DNA of 60,586 nt, the filler included, from Dugesia japonica (lineage: Eukaryota), in the NCBI GenBank assembly GCA_001938525.1. It is 6 parts of 6 records of this genome, joined end to end, with 100 filler letters (N's around TTAATTAATTAA, not from the genome) between each part and the next. Parts side by side here need not be neighbours in the genome. Positions count along the whole stretch, not along the records: positions 9,474 to 19,626 come from MQRL01608441.1; positions 19,727 to 30,221 come from MQRL01586100.1; 4 more parts are not named here. One strand, 5' to 3'. Made by a program: the position numbers and the translations under genes. Every line of letters starts with the position of its first letter. The stretch's first letter is position 1. The notes beneath the pieces are model-generated. The model did not search any database, was not told the origin of the DNA, and saw nothing but the letters and a program-made list of their open reading frames with translations. Positions 13,411 to 26,400 of this stretch are shown here, one piece after another.

Positions 13411-15064
13411 CTTTCTGGCGATGCTGACATTTCCTGCTTAATAAAAACAGATTCCTTCTATAATAAGCTTTCTGGTTTTTCAGTCCTTGACGTTTACTGA
13501 TGGTTCTAATTCCCATTTTTCTTATTCTAATCATAATTAATCTTCCTTTTTTCCAGATAATTAATTATTTATTATTTTATTTTTAATAATATTCTAAATA
13601 AATCGAATATTTTTACGATTTCTTTTTTAATTATGGTTGAACAACTATCGTCTTCCTTATTATTTGTTATTATTTTCTTATTAGTACCATAATTTATTTG
13701 AATTATTCTCCAATGTTTGTAATTACTTATTTGTAATTTGTTTTCATCTTAAATCAAGTTGCATTTGTTATTAATTGGTTGCTTGTTTTATCGTTGCTGG
13801 CCTTGTTGTATTGATTCTTCTCATTGCCCACCAAGTATTTCATTTTCTGGCTTTGGGGCCCTATTTTTCTTAGCCGCGTGTTTTATCACAAAAGTACTAT
13901 TAACGCATAAAATAAAACTTTGATATTTACTATATTTGTAATGTTTTTTAATGGATTGATTTTGTAAAGTCTGAAGCATTTATATTATAAAAGAAAAATG
14001 TATATTAATAAGTCTGATATAGTTTAATTAATGAATAATAAATATTAGTAATTGCAATGAGTATTTCTTTCAAAATATAATTTTTTCATAGTATCTTTGA
14101 AACCTTGTATTAAATTAAAATTAATTTAATTAATAGCGAATAATTTGATATTCTAATTAATATATCCATGTTTAATTATTACTATTTAAAACATTAAATT
14201 TTTATAAAAATCTTGAAACTCTAAAAATCATATTAATAATAAATATTAATATTATTTTTATGATTGTTAATCAACTCATTAAAAATATTGACCGAAATAA
14301 GTTTTATTTGAAACATTTTTTGTATACATCCATCAAATGGATAAATAAATTTAAACGGTATAACAATAAATTTTTACATAAAAACATTATATTTATTTAT
14401 CGATTATTATAATTATCGGCTAGTTTTAATTAGTTGATAAATATTACTATAAAATGGATTCTTTTTTGAGACAAATAAAGTGCACAATTATTTAAATTAA
14501 TAAGAAAATTCATTTCTTTAAGATAAATTTAAAAGAAATAAATTCTAAAGAAAATCCAAAAATGAATATTTTTAAATTAATTTTGGAAGTTGTAAAAATA
14601 AATTTTGTTTTTCATATGCGAACAAAATTAATTCTTCTGCTTCATTGAGTAGAAATAATGATTATTAATTAAGTTTAATAAAAAAACTGTTAATAACATT
14701 AACATATATATTATAATGTCAATAAAATAACTAATAATAATATCTGCAATAACGATAGTAATAAAATTATTATACATTTTATTAGTGTTAATTAAAAAAA
14801 AATATTTAAAAATTATATAATTAGTAATAACAAAGTCTAATATTGAATTTTTCTTTAGAAACATAAATAAGCCTGTTGGGTTGCTAGGCTTTGGATGTTG
14901 TATTTTTATCTGTAATGAGTTCGTTCGTTAAATTTTAATATCATTTTTACCGTCTATGTTATTTCACATATCTTTTCTGTCTGGGGGATCACACCTAGCA
15001 ACCACAGAAATTTGTTAATATCATCGAGTGGTACTAGCACCTGTTGCAAAATAGTCTCAACTTT

Positions 15065-15523
15065 TCAGGAGAGTCGTTCACTGAGTTTCGTGTGCTCCTC
15101 TGCTTCTAACTGGGTCGCTCGCATTGAAGTAATAACTCGCTGCTGATTGTTAGCCAACTCGGTAGTCCGTATGAGTAGTTTAATTAACTCTTTTNCCCGT
15201 TCAGCCTGGTACTGGGTGAGTTCCGCGAGCTGTCGTTGAAATCGTTGCTCTTGTTGATCAACTCTGACTTCCATCTCTCCTAGAGCTATCAGCTTCTGTC
15301 GTAGTATGTCCTCCTGAATGGCCAGTTGTTTCCTCAAGTCTGTAATCTGTATATCTTTTTGTTGTAATTTCTCTTGTGTGATCCACCAAGGATCGACATC
15401 GGTTCCATAAACTGCGATTGAGTCCCACAAGTTTGGCATAGAGTTTATCTCGTTTGTTTGGATATAACATCCCTCTGGCTTTAGAGATTGGACCGCTGTT
15501 GCATTGGTAATTAATTTAAACAT
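15065..15523 (-). CDS. Orphan coiled-coil protein, 152 aa
   Basis: ATG-started ORF in a GC-richer island; Q/E/L/R heptad-like helix from ITQEKLQQKDIQITDLRKQL onward. Confidence 0.5.
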   Translation of the reverse strand: MFKLITNATAVQSLKPEGCYIQTNEINSMPNLWDSIAVYGTDVDPWWITQEKLQQKDIQITDLRKQLAIQEDILRQKLIALGEMEVRVDQQEQRFQRQLAELTQYQAERXKELIKLLIRTTELANNQQRVITSMRATQLEAEEHTKLSERLS

Positions 15524-16259
15524 TATCTACAATTTATCACAGCATTACCAGATTATCATACATTTAATAATTATAAAATTTTATTATTATGGTTTAGGAT
15601 AATTAAAATAAGATACACAAGGTTACTCGCAGACCATCGATCATCCATCATGAGTAGAAGGAGTTGGATCTTCTTCGTAAACTTTGCACATACAATTCAT
15701 AAATCCATTAATCAATAGCCGTGTTCATAGTGAGTATTTATCTGCCATCATCTGAAAACTCATCTCCTTCATCATCACGAATGGTCCTCCTGCTCTATCT
15801 ACTAAATTCTATATTAATTGTATTTTATAATGATTTCTGTATAGAAGAATATGTCTACAATAAACGAGACTAATAAAAGTCATAGGTATTTGAATATGAA
15901 TGTAATTTTTTCATCACAGATACAACACATAATAATGTATAACGATTTATCGAAAAATTACTAAATAGAATTTAAAAGCTTAGGANTCAATCACCACACC
16001 GATTTTTATTCGTTGATTTGTTTAAACCCATCATCGTTCATAAGTATATTCATCTAATTATAACAACATATTATCACTTTATTTCCCAATTCAATTCATA
16101 TTCACTAATCGTTTTATTATTCATTAATCACTCTTCCACACCATCAACCACAACTTTCTCTAAACTTTGACATCGCGAAGAAAATAGTCCAGTGCAACTA
16201 GGACCCTAAAAAGGAAAAACGTACCACCTTCCAGAGGGGTATGATAAGGATTCTAAGAT

Positions 16260-16470
16260 CTGACCAATCAGCGGCCAGAAAATAAAAATAGAACAAAGAC
16301 ACCGATGTCAGATGCTGTTCTAAAAATAAATGCCAATCATGGCACCAAAATTCTTAGAAAAAATATGAAAATCGGTGCTAGCACCAATAGAATCCGAAAA
16401 GAGCCGTTCTAAAAATACCGGCAAATCCAAACATAGTAGTGGTGCCCACAAAATCCTATAAAAGGACCTT
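16260..16470 (+). promoter_or_regulatory. LTR-U3-like promoter block: three CCAAT boxes and a TATA box
   Basis: CCAAT at ~16264, ~16333 and ~16384, then CCTATAAAAGG at ~16455; preceded by a purine-rich AGAGGGG tract at ~16233. Confidence 0.5.
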
Positions 16471-17539
16471 CAAACTTTAGTTGATAACCTTCAAAATTTC
16501 TCAATTCATTAAGTCGTGAGACTACACACAAAATTATCTCTTATATCAGCTTAATTGAGTTAGTGTCAAAGAAAAACTTGAACACCGGAAATTGTTTCAG
16601 GAAAACTATCACCAGTTTGCAAAGCTTCAGTTGAATTAGAGAACAGGACGAACGAAAGGAACAAAAAATCTAATCACTATCGGAATAATCCCACTTATTT
16701 ACCGACTAGACTTCATATAGCCTATCAATTCCCGTTGCAGAAGCTCTCCTTGCTCCACCTCAGTATTGCCAAGTTATTTGTGAAAATTATATTTAGAAGT
16801 AATAATTTTATTTTTTAATTATTATTATATGAAATAATCATTATACCTGGATTTGTGAAAATAAATGTTATTAATTTAATCTATTCNNNNNNNNNNNNNN
16901 NNNNNNNNNNNNNNNNNNNNNNNNNNNNNNNNNNNNAATGTTATTAATTTAATCTATTCATTTCTGAGATAATTATTAACTCACCTTTAACAATTGTAAT
17001 CAAGCGACTAATATAAAATACTAATATAATTAGTTAAGAGAAAGAAGAAATTTGTTTGTTAAATGCTAAGTTTATAGTGTATTGCTATTAATTATTCCAA
17101 TAAATAGGACTAAAATCCCTAAATATAACGTCATTGTAACTTCGATCTAAAGAAAATATAGTTGCCATCTTTAGATTGAAAAAAAAAATTTATGAACGCC
17201 CAGTTGATTAAATTCAATTATCAATCCAGTTTTTTTTGTTAACTGAAAGTGATAGGAAAAATGTTCAAAACCACCCAACGGTAATGAATTATTGTAGACT
17301 ATTCAATTGTAGCACTAATCATTAATTGTAAATAACTGAGTACGAATAAATTTTGTCAACTCAGCAAACCACATGACAACTCTAAAGTCGAACTAATTAA
17401 CAATTGGCATCAGCATTTTTCCTAAAGTAAAATTACTCTATTATGTACACCCCGACAGTTATCAGATCGGAGTGACAAACACCGCCATTGCCAGATCATA
17501 TCTTTAAAAACCTACGTCTGAACAACAATCAGAGAAATA

Positions 17540-17715
17540 CAAATTAAAAATAATTAATAACGTACTAAACAACAATTTTATTAAGAAAATTATAAGATGA
17601 ATATATAAATCAAATTAAAAATAATTAATAACGTACTAAATAACAATTTTATTAAGAAAATTATAAGATGAATATATAAATCAAATTAAAAAACTGATAA
17701 TGTAATAAATAACNN
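17540..17715 (+). repeat. Tandem repeat, ~71 bp unit, just over two copies
   Basis: AATTAAAAATAATTAATAACGTACTAAA...GATGAATATATAAATCA repeated head to tail. Confidence 0.85.
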
Positions 17716-18437
17716 NTGTATTAATAAAATGATAATTTAGCATCACAAGGAAAAAATATTGTCATACCCAAATGTATTAAAAATCATCAAATCCAGAATA
17801 ATCGAAATTCCCCAAGAAATCCACTGATGAATGACTATAAATAATTTGTGAGCAACTGCTGAAGTGGAAGCGGATAACTAGACTGGGATTCTAATTATAA
17901 AATAAGTAATAACACTACACATGTATGAAACTTTGAATGCAGACGAGACACACCTACTCCTGATTCCCATTGGAAAATATTTTGATACAAGCATGATTAT
18001 GACCTTGGGGGTAACCAAGGGCAACTCAGGTTGCGGAAATTTCAAGGTATAAAAAGGAGATAATTTGAGACAAAATCCATAGGCTGAAACTTATCTAAAA
18101 TTAATAAAATATTTTGTAAGCCAACCGGGTACAAATCATAATACGGCCGGATTCTACCAGTTATTAAAATCTTAAGACCTATTTTTATAGTTACCGTATT
18201 AATAATAATAATACCCATAGTGATGGTGGTCGTAAATAGTAATAACGATAATAATTATGATAAGGAATAATACTGTTAACAATGATAATAATATCGATAC
18301 TAATAAGTAGTACCAATCCTAATAATAATGATAATTATAATAAGGAGAATAAATAGTAATGACCATAACCATAATAATAATAAATAACGATAACACCAAC
18401 GATATTGATAATATTCGAGTCAACTAACGACCCGTCT

Positions 18438-18776
18438 TTAGATTCCCAGGCCACCTTCCCCTTCTACACATTTATGTAATTTAACTAAAAATTTACAGTA
18501 ACGATTTTGTTTCAGCAATGACTGCCAGATTGAGGAACATGTTAAGTTGGATCCAAAAGCAGCGTCGAACTGCCAGAATGAAACAATTGTTAGTACACTA
18601 CTTAACCAAAGGGGCTGTGGAGCACCACGACGAAACCGACCTACAGTGTTTCGTCGAGATGTTCCCCCTGGAACATAAAGTAGACATAGATGAATAGTAG
18701 CTCCACTTTCTAGATCAAATCCCCAATCACCAAAATGCAACCAATGGCTATATTTAATTACCCTATTTTCTGGCAA
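18438..18776 (-). CDS. Orphan ORF, divergent from the 18902 ORF
   Basis: 112-codon open frame in a GC-richer island; no recognised family. Confidence 0.35.
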   Translation of the reverse strand: MPENRVIKYSHWLHFGDWGFDLESGATIHLCLLYVPGGTSRRNTVGRFRRGAPQPLWLSSVLTIVSFWQFDAAFGSNLTCSSIWQSLLKQNRYCKFLVKLHKCVEGEGGLGI

Positions 18777-18901
18777 TAGTGATTTTTATTTTTAAATAAA
18801 ACAAATTGAGTGTGTTACTTGCGTAATTCTTGTTGTTATTTATTCCTGTTGTGTGATGATCGGGTTTAATCTGTGATATTTTATTTTTATAGTATTAAAC
18901 A

Positions 18902-19306
18902 ATGGTCTTCAAATGGGAAGTATTGTGGGATCGATATGCCCAACGTACCATTTTCAAGCGATATCGTAATCCACATGACCGCAACGCTGGGCTCATGGTG
19001 GACTATTCAATTGTATCACCAGAAGATGCCGATAGTGAGCGAGAATGGGCAGCCACTGAACGCCAGGCTTATCTGGAATGGGACGGTCCCGATAGGAGTC
19101 GCGAGGTATTACACCGCGTCACATCAGTCGATCCAATAACAAATCGGGTTATTACCCATTGGCAGGAGGGACCTTCCTTGATACCAGTTCCACTTGGTCA
19201 CCTGTCTAAGAGTACCACCTTCATAATTGACATAGGAGATCATGTGTGGGAACTCCCGCCACTGCCCGGCGGGGGGTCAGTTGAACAAGCTGGACCCCCG
19301 GCGTGA
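18902..19306 (+). CDS. Orphan 134-aa Trp-rich protein of a small family with a second copy in this contig
   Basis: Intact ATG-TGA ORF, much more GC-rich than its flanks, with an acceptor-like TTTTATAG just upstream; protein-level similarity to 11085-11348(-). Confidence 0.65.
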   Translation: MVFKWEVLWDRYAQRTIFKRYRNPHDRNAGLMVDYSIVSPEDADSEREWAATERQAYLEWDGPDRSREVLHRVTSVDPITNRVITHWQEGPSLIPVPLGHLSKSTTFIIDIGDHVWELPPLPGGGSVEQAGPPA

Positions 19307-19626
19307 TCCCTTTTCCAACCCTCTTGGGATGAAACCCCTGTGTGTTCTCTTATTATATTTGTGTTATAGTGTTTAATAAAGAACTGATTTACTACGAGTT
19401 GTTCTGATTGTTTTCGGGATTTATTAGTCTTATATCTCCAACTTAGTAAATGTAAATTTATCATCCTGTTGTTATAGACTTCGCCCTCATAGATCATATC
19501 TGGAATGTGACTACCGATATTCGAACTGGATTGTCTACTTTCCGGAAATTCAGAAACCCCCATAATCGCAATGCCGGAGTTTTAGTCGACAATTCCAACG
19601 TACCCCCCCAGTTAGCGGAAGAATAT

Positions 19627-19726
19627 NNNNNNNNNNNNNNNNNNNNNNNNNNNNNNNNNNNNNNNNNNNNTTAATTAATTAANNNNNNNNNNNNNNNNNN
19701 NNNNNNNNNNNNNNNNNNNNNNNNNN
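19627..19726. other. Artificial contig-joining spacer
   Basis: N44-TTAATTAATTAA-N44. Confidence 0.97.
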
Positions 19727-19797
19727 TTATATTATATTATATTATATTATATTATATTATATTATATTATATTATATTATATTATATTATATATTAT
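19727..19797 (+). repeat. (ATATT)n microsatellite
   Basis: Direct reading of the pentamer array at the contig start. Confidence 0.95.
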
Positions 19798-20478
19798 AAT
19801 CGTATAAATAAACATTTTATAACAATATGAATGTAAATATTATTAAATACTATTCTTTAATAAAAGTTAACAGGATTTTTCAATTTCTTTATTTTTATTC
19901 TTCATCCGAATTGTCCGCAGTGGAATTTTTTAGTGATTTACTTTTAAAAATGAATAATAGAAAAATTTATTTTTGTCAAAGATTTAGATAACTATAAAAA
20001 CTTAAAATTTTGATGTTATTTAGTTTCATTTAAAATTAAATTCATCACATTCATTTCTAAGTCCAAGAATTATTCTAGAAATAATGGTTATTCTAAGTAC
20101 ATACTGAAATCTGAAAATTAATTGATTATTTTTCAATTTCAAATACTCTCTGTAAAATTGGAATGAGATTGGTTTGATACAATCAACAGAATTAAATTAA
20201 ATTTAGTTATTTCATTTATTATTATAAAAAATATTTTGATGAAATTTTGTATGTTTTTGATTTTTTTTTCAATTATATGATGTTACAGAGTTATAATTTC
20301 ATTATTCTAATCATATTTTTGTTATATTTACGTAAACTTAGGAAATCTAATTAAATTCTTCTTTTTGAATTTTATTTTTAAGTCAAGTCATTTGAACGAT
20401 AAAATAAATTCAATGTTACTACAGGCTTTCTAATCTCTTTTTATTATTCTCTTAGACTTTTCTAATTTTGATTTCTAG

Positions 20479-23400
20479 AATTAAGTCAAATTGAATATTT
20501 TGGTGGATATGATTTTCTGAAAACCATAAAAAGCCAATTAGACATTATACGACTTGGAAATATTCACGAAAATGCAACATTTGTTGTTTCTTTAAATTCA
20601 AGTATACTTTAAATAATATTTTGTTTTAATTTTAATAAAAAATTAACTGTCATTAGCATTATGGAATCGAGATATTAAAAGAAAAACGTCATTATGGGCG
20701 ACTGATTATGATACTAATTGTCAAACGGATTTAAATGAATACGAACATTGTGAATTGTCGAAATCTTCAGAAACAAATGACAGATTAACATTGGTTTTTA
20801 AATGCAAACAACCTCTGAAAAATTTCATTTTCATTAGCCCATTGTTAATAAGTCAATACAACTTTGAATTTCGATTGGGTAGTATTTATGGAATCGAAAA
20901 ACCGTTGAGTTCAAAATTTCTAGATTATCAAAAAAAGGTTAAATACTTTTTAGTTTATATTATTAATTTAACTATAAAATGTAACTGAAAATGAGTGAAA
21001 GTTGCTCATTATGTAATATACAAAATTTAAGCTATTAGCATTTTATAGTTGCTTGAACTCTACATAGAAATTACAAAGTGAAGATAGAAATTTTATAATT
21101 ACAATTATTGTGAGAATAATTGTTGGACTTAACCATTGATCGGATTTGAGATTTCATTAAAATAAGATAAGGNTTCGATCGAAGCCTTATCTTATTTTAA
21201 TGAAGATAGAAAATTCAATAAAATTCAATAATTTTTCTATTTTAAAATTAAATCTCAAAAATCTTTTTTTAATTAAATTGAATTGAAAATCTCAAAATAA
21301 ATTTAAGATATTTTCAATTTAATTTAATTAAAAAAAGATTTTTTGAAATTTAATTTTAAAATAAAAAAATATTTTTTTTAATTAATGAATATTTTCAAAA
21401 TATAAATACATTGATTTTTAAACAGATAAAACAATAACATATAAATAATAACAATAAACATATAGCTGATGAAAGAAAAAGCTAATGTAGTTGGTTTCTT
21501 GAAAAATCAAATGAAGGACGAATAATCTTGTTTTCTGATCAAATAGGATTCCAAGTTACAATGAGAAAATAATACGGGAGGTCAAAAAATTGAAAACGCA
21601 ATTGAAATAACACCCAGAATTAGGTCAAGAAACAAGACGGTTATAGCTTGTATGTAGAAAGGATAATTAATACTTTTAATACCATTTTAACAACGCAAAA
21701 ACAATGAAAGACATGTTACTAATAACACCATGAAATGCTTAGGAAATTTTAATGTATTTGAAGAATAGAATTGTTTTTAATGTTTTATTTGTGTTTATTG
21801 TTATTATTTATATGTTATTATGGTTACGGTGTATTATTAATTAAATTAATAAGTCACTTGTTTTAATATTATAATAAATCTTGACTAATCATGTTACATT
21901 TGAATTCTTATTACTGTATTATGAAATCCGATGTTGTAGAATGCATAACTGGCGACCACGCCAAAATATCAGCGCAGTTACAAAGCATCAAGAGAACAAA
22001 TTAATTATTGATTCACTTCCGAAGAAAGCGCAAGGTATGTTCAATTTTAATGTTCAAAAATATGATGAACGAAATTTCAAAGCTGCAAAATGGATTACAG
22101 ATATTGAGAAATGGCTGCGAGTAAACAATTTATATTTGATGAGTTCATTCGATCTATTGCTAACTGATGAAGCTGCGATTTTATGGAAAGATTTTAAAAC
22201 AGATTCCACGACAAAAGATGAAGCAAAATCTTGGTTTATCGATACTTTCACGATAAAGAAATCGAATTCAGATATGTTTGTTGAATTAGTTGGAATTAAA
22301 AAACTAGATAATGAAAGATTTGCAACGTTCGAGATTAGGATAAAACATCTTTTGGATAATATTTTTAATTCAGGATTAAGTCGTGACGAAATAATAAAAG
22401 ATTTTATTTCAAAACGATCAAAAGGTTCTGCTTTAAAAGAAAAATTATAACAGTGATGAATAAAAAGTGTTGGGAGAATATTGGAAAACCTTATTTATTA
22501 GATACGAATATTATGCTCTCTGGTGTATTTTCTAGAATGAGTGAAAAGCCGATGGAATTTGTGTCAGTAAATGTGAGATGGAAAGGTAAGATTCCATCGG
22601 TAAATATATTAATAGTTTGACAAATTTATCCATATGAAGGGTTTTGGAATAAAACTAGTGGAAATAAACAATATTGATACTTCTATAATCAAAAACAACT
22701 ATTCAGATACAGAAAGAATCATAATTGTCTAAGAATGTTTCAATAACCAAAACAACAATACATTGAAAAATCTGATAAATATGTATGGGAAAATTCTTTT
22801 GGCTTCGAAATTCAATCTGGGTCATACGACATTGATAAAGCATGAGATAAAAGTAAATAGTGCACCAGTACTGATACAAATCAGACGTCAACCAATGCAC
22901 TTAGAATCAAAAATCGATGAACTAGTGAAACATTTTATCAAAACAGATGTGGTAAGAAAATGTAAAAGCCCATGGAATTCCTCACTAGTAACTGTTAGTA
23001 AAAAAGANGGATCAATCCGGATGTGTGTTGATTATAGACAGTTAAATGCAGCTACAGAAAAGTTTACTTTTCCAATGCCGGATATACATTTTCTGGTTGA
23101 TTGTTAAGCTGATTTATATTATTTCTCATCTATCGATCTGGGCCAAACTTACTACCAAGTAGAGTTTACTGCTTTCAGTACTAAACGAGGTCAGTTTTGT
23201 TTTAATCGTATCTCTTTTGGCTTGGCAACTGCACCAGCCACTTTTCAAAAACTTATGCATGAACTCCTAGATGGATTAATTTTTAATGGTGTTATTGTTT
23301 ATCTCAATGATATCTTCGTATATGGAAAATCTAAGCAAGAAAATGACAAAATGTTAGAGGAAGTTTTTATACGGATTTTTAATTCCGGATTAAAAATCAA

Positions 23401-26400
23401 CACAGAAAAGTGCAAATTTCATCAAAAAGAACTCATTTATTTGGGTCACACTATTAATTCCGATGGAATTTAAACAAATAATTTGAAAGTTGCAGAAATT
23501 CCAAAATGCTCATCAAAATTAAAAATCATTTCTTGAGTTAAAAAAATTATTATCGCCGATTTATAAAGAGTTATGCTGAAATTGCAGCACCGCTTTATGC
23601 GGCCATATCAGGATGTGAAAAAAGCTTTATTGGACAAATGAATGCGATCAAAGTTTAAATGACCTGAAAAATAAATTATGTTCCGCGCCTATTTTGGATT
23701 ATCCAAGAAAAAATCGAATGTTTATTTTAGATACAGATGCTAGTTTTGGAACAATTTGAGCTGTATTAAGTCAAATTAAAGAAAATGGTGATGAAACAGT
23801 AGTCGCATATAGATCACGACATCTTTCGGCTCATGAAAAAGGTTATTGTGTTACTAGAAAAGAATTATTAGCGTTGCATGAACATGTTATGTATTTCAAG
23901 CAATACTTATATGGTAAATGTTTTATCGCTAGAACTGATCACAAAGCTCTATTTTTTATGAACACAACAAAAAAACCGATAAGTCCTCAATTTCAAACTT
24001 GGATGGCCAATCTTTCAGAGTATGATTTGGATCTTCAATATATAAAAGGAAGTGATCATAATAATGCAGATGCTTTATCAAGAATCTCTTATGTATTATG
24101 TTCACAGTGTGAAACGAAACACAAAGATGACAAAAGCAGTAAGTCAAAAGTTAAATACATAAATGGTCGTGACCAAACATTGAATTTTGTGGACAATATT
24201 AAAATTAGTCAGAATAACGACATAAATTTTAACGAAATTAAAAGGAACTTAATTAGTGGAATTACGGAATGCTCAGAAATCTGTAAAAATAGCTACCTGT
24301 ATAAAAGTATTGAAAACTTGAAAATTATTGATGNNNNNNNNNNNNNNNNNNNNNNNNNNNNNNNNNNNNNNNNNNNNNNNNNNGACGGTAAAAATATATT
24401 AATTTTAGTACCAATAAATTTTGCTAATGAATTAGTAATAATGATTCACAACGATCTGTGTCATCTTGGAGAAAAAAAGATTTTTAATTATCTTAAGGAT
24501 CATTATTTTTGGCCATCAATGATGAATACAATACAAGCGTGTTTACAACAATGTATAGTTTGTNNNNNNNNNNNNNNNNNNNNNNNNNNNNNNNNNNNNN
24601 NNNNNNNNNNNNNNNNNNNNNNNNNNNNNNNNNNNNNNNNNNNNNNNNACATTTCATATTTGGACAAAACTGAGTCTAATAAAAAGTATCTTGTTGTTAT
24701 TGTAGACAGATTTAGCAAATTAGCTGGTTTAACAGCGATATCTATATTGGATGATCAATCTGTATTCAAAGTTATTTTGAATAATTGGATATATCGTTAC
24801 GGAAAGCCAATCAGTATTTCGACAGACAGAGGAAAAATTTTGAAAGTAATTTTATAAAAGAAAAGATGTCAAAACTGAATATAATACCTCACTTTATCAA
24901 CACCAATCAAATGGTTTGGTAGAACGAGTGATACGAAGTGTACGAGATATGATGACAACATGAATAAAAAATAAATGCGAAGAAAGGACTTCGTTTGAAT
25001 TACTGCCAAGAATTGAATTCAGCATTAATGCAACTCGACAGAATTTGATTTAATTTTCTCCTTTTGAAATTGTTTTAGGGTGGAAAATAAATATTCATTC
25101 TAAATATAACAATTCAGAAACCGGTAAAAAAGAAATAATTGATGAAGCTAGAAAAAATTTAGAAAAACCTGCTATAAAAATGAAAGTTTTCGAAAATGTA
25201 AAAGAGGATCTCGGAGTTTTACGGAAGGAGAGTGGGTTTTGGTGCGAGTAGAACCCCTACGAGAAAGAAAAATGATTTTTCAATATGAAGGACCATTTCA
25301 GATAATTAAATATATTTCTTCTCATTAAGTGGAACTCAAATGTAAAGATGGAATAAAACAGCGAAGAATAGAATGGTTAAAGAAGTGGACAGTTTCTTAA
25401 AGAAGGAAAAAATTACGGTGTATTATTAATTAAATTAATAAGTCCCTTGTTTTAATATTATAATAAATCTTGACTAAGCGTGTTACATTTGAATTCTTAT
25501 TACTGTATTATGAAATCCGATGTTGAAGAATGCATAACTGTTTTATCTGTTTAAAAGTCAATGTATTTATTTTTTGAAAATATTCATTAATTAAAAAAAT
25601 AAAGATCAATTAAAAAATTAAATTTAAACTAAAACCATATACTAAATTATTAAAAGTATAAATGATAAAATTCAATTCAAAATCATAAATTTAATTTGAA
25701 ATATATAATTTTATAAAAATTATCTTTTCCATTTAAAAGATAGTACTTAATCAAATTTTCACAAAATCAAATATANNNNNNNNNNNNNNNNNNNNGAGAA
25801 ATTTTAATATTTAATTCAAAACATTTTCTTACAAAAATTATCTTTTCAATTTTAAAATTTAGACCATGCTAAATTTAATTAAATTTTCATCTAAATAATT
25901 TCAAGAATAGATTTTAATATGCTTTAATAATTTTAATACACTAAATAAAATTTAAGAGTTTTTAAGGCATAAACTAATTGCATAAACTAATTTCCTACGT
26001 AAAATAAATACATTCACAGATATTTCATATAATATATTTCTAATTTTTAATAATTTTTTTTGTTGATTATATTTTTGACAAATTATACAATTACTAAATT
26101 ATAATTATAAAATTATACTTATAATTATAAATTACCAAAATCATTATTATTTTTACAATTTAAATGTAAAATGTCTTACTTGTAAAGAAATTATATCCAT
26201 TTTAACTAGTTATCTTTAATTTAATATGAGTTTTCTATGATTTTTAACTTATTTTATTAAGGTTTATAGTTACTTAAATCTACAAGAAAAAGCATCTGTT
26301 ATTATTCCTTCTTGTTCAAATCACGGGAGCTTTTATTTGATCGATAATAATGTCGTTCCATATGCAATAAATCCTGGTGGAAAAGTAGTTTTTACAATAT

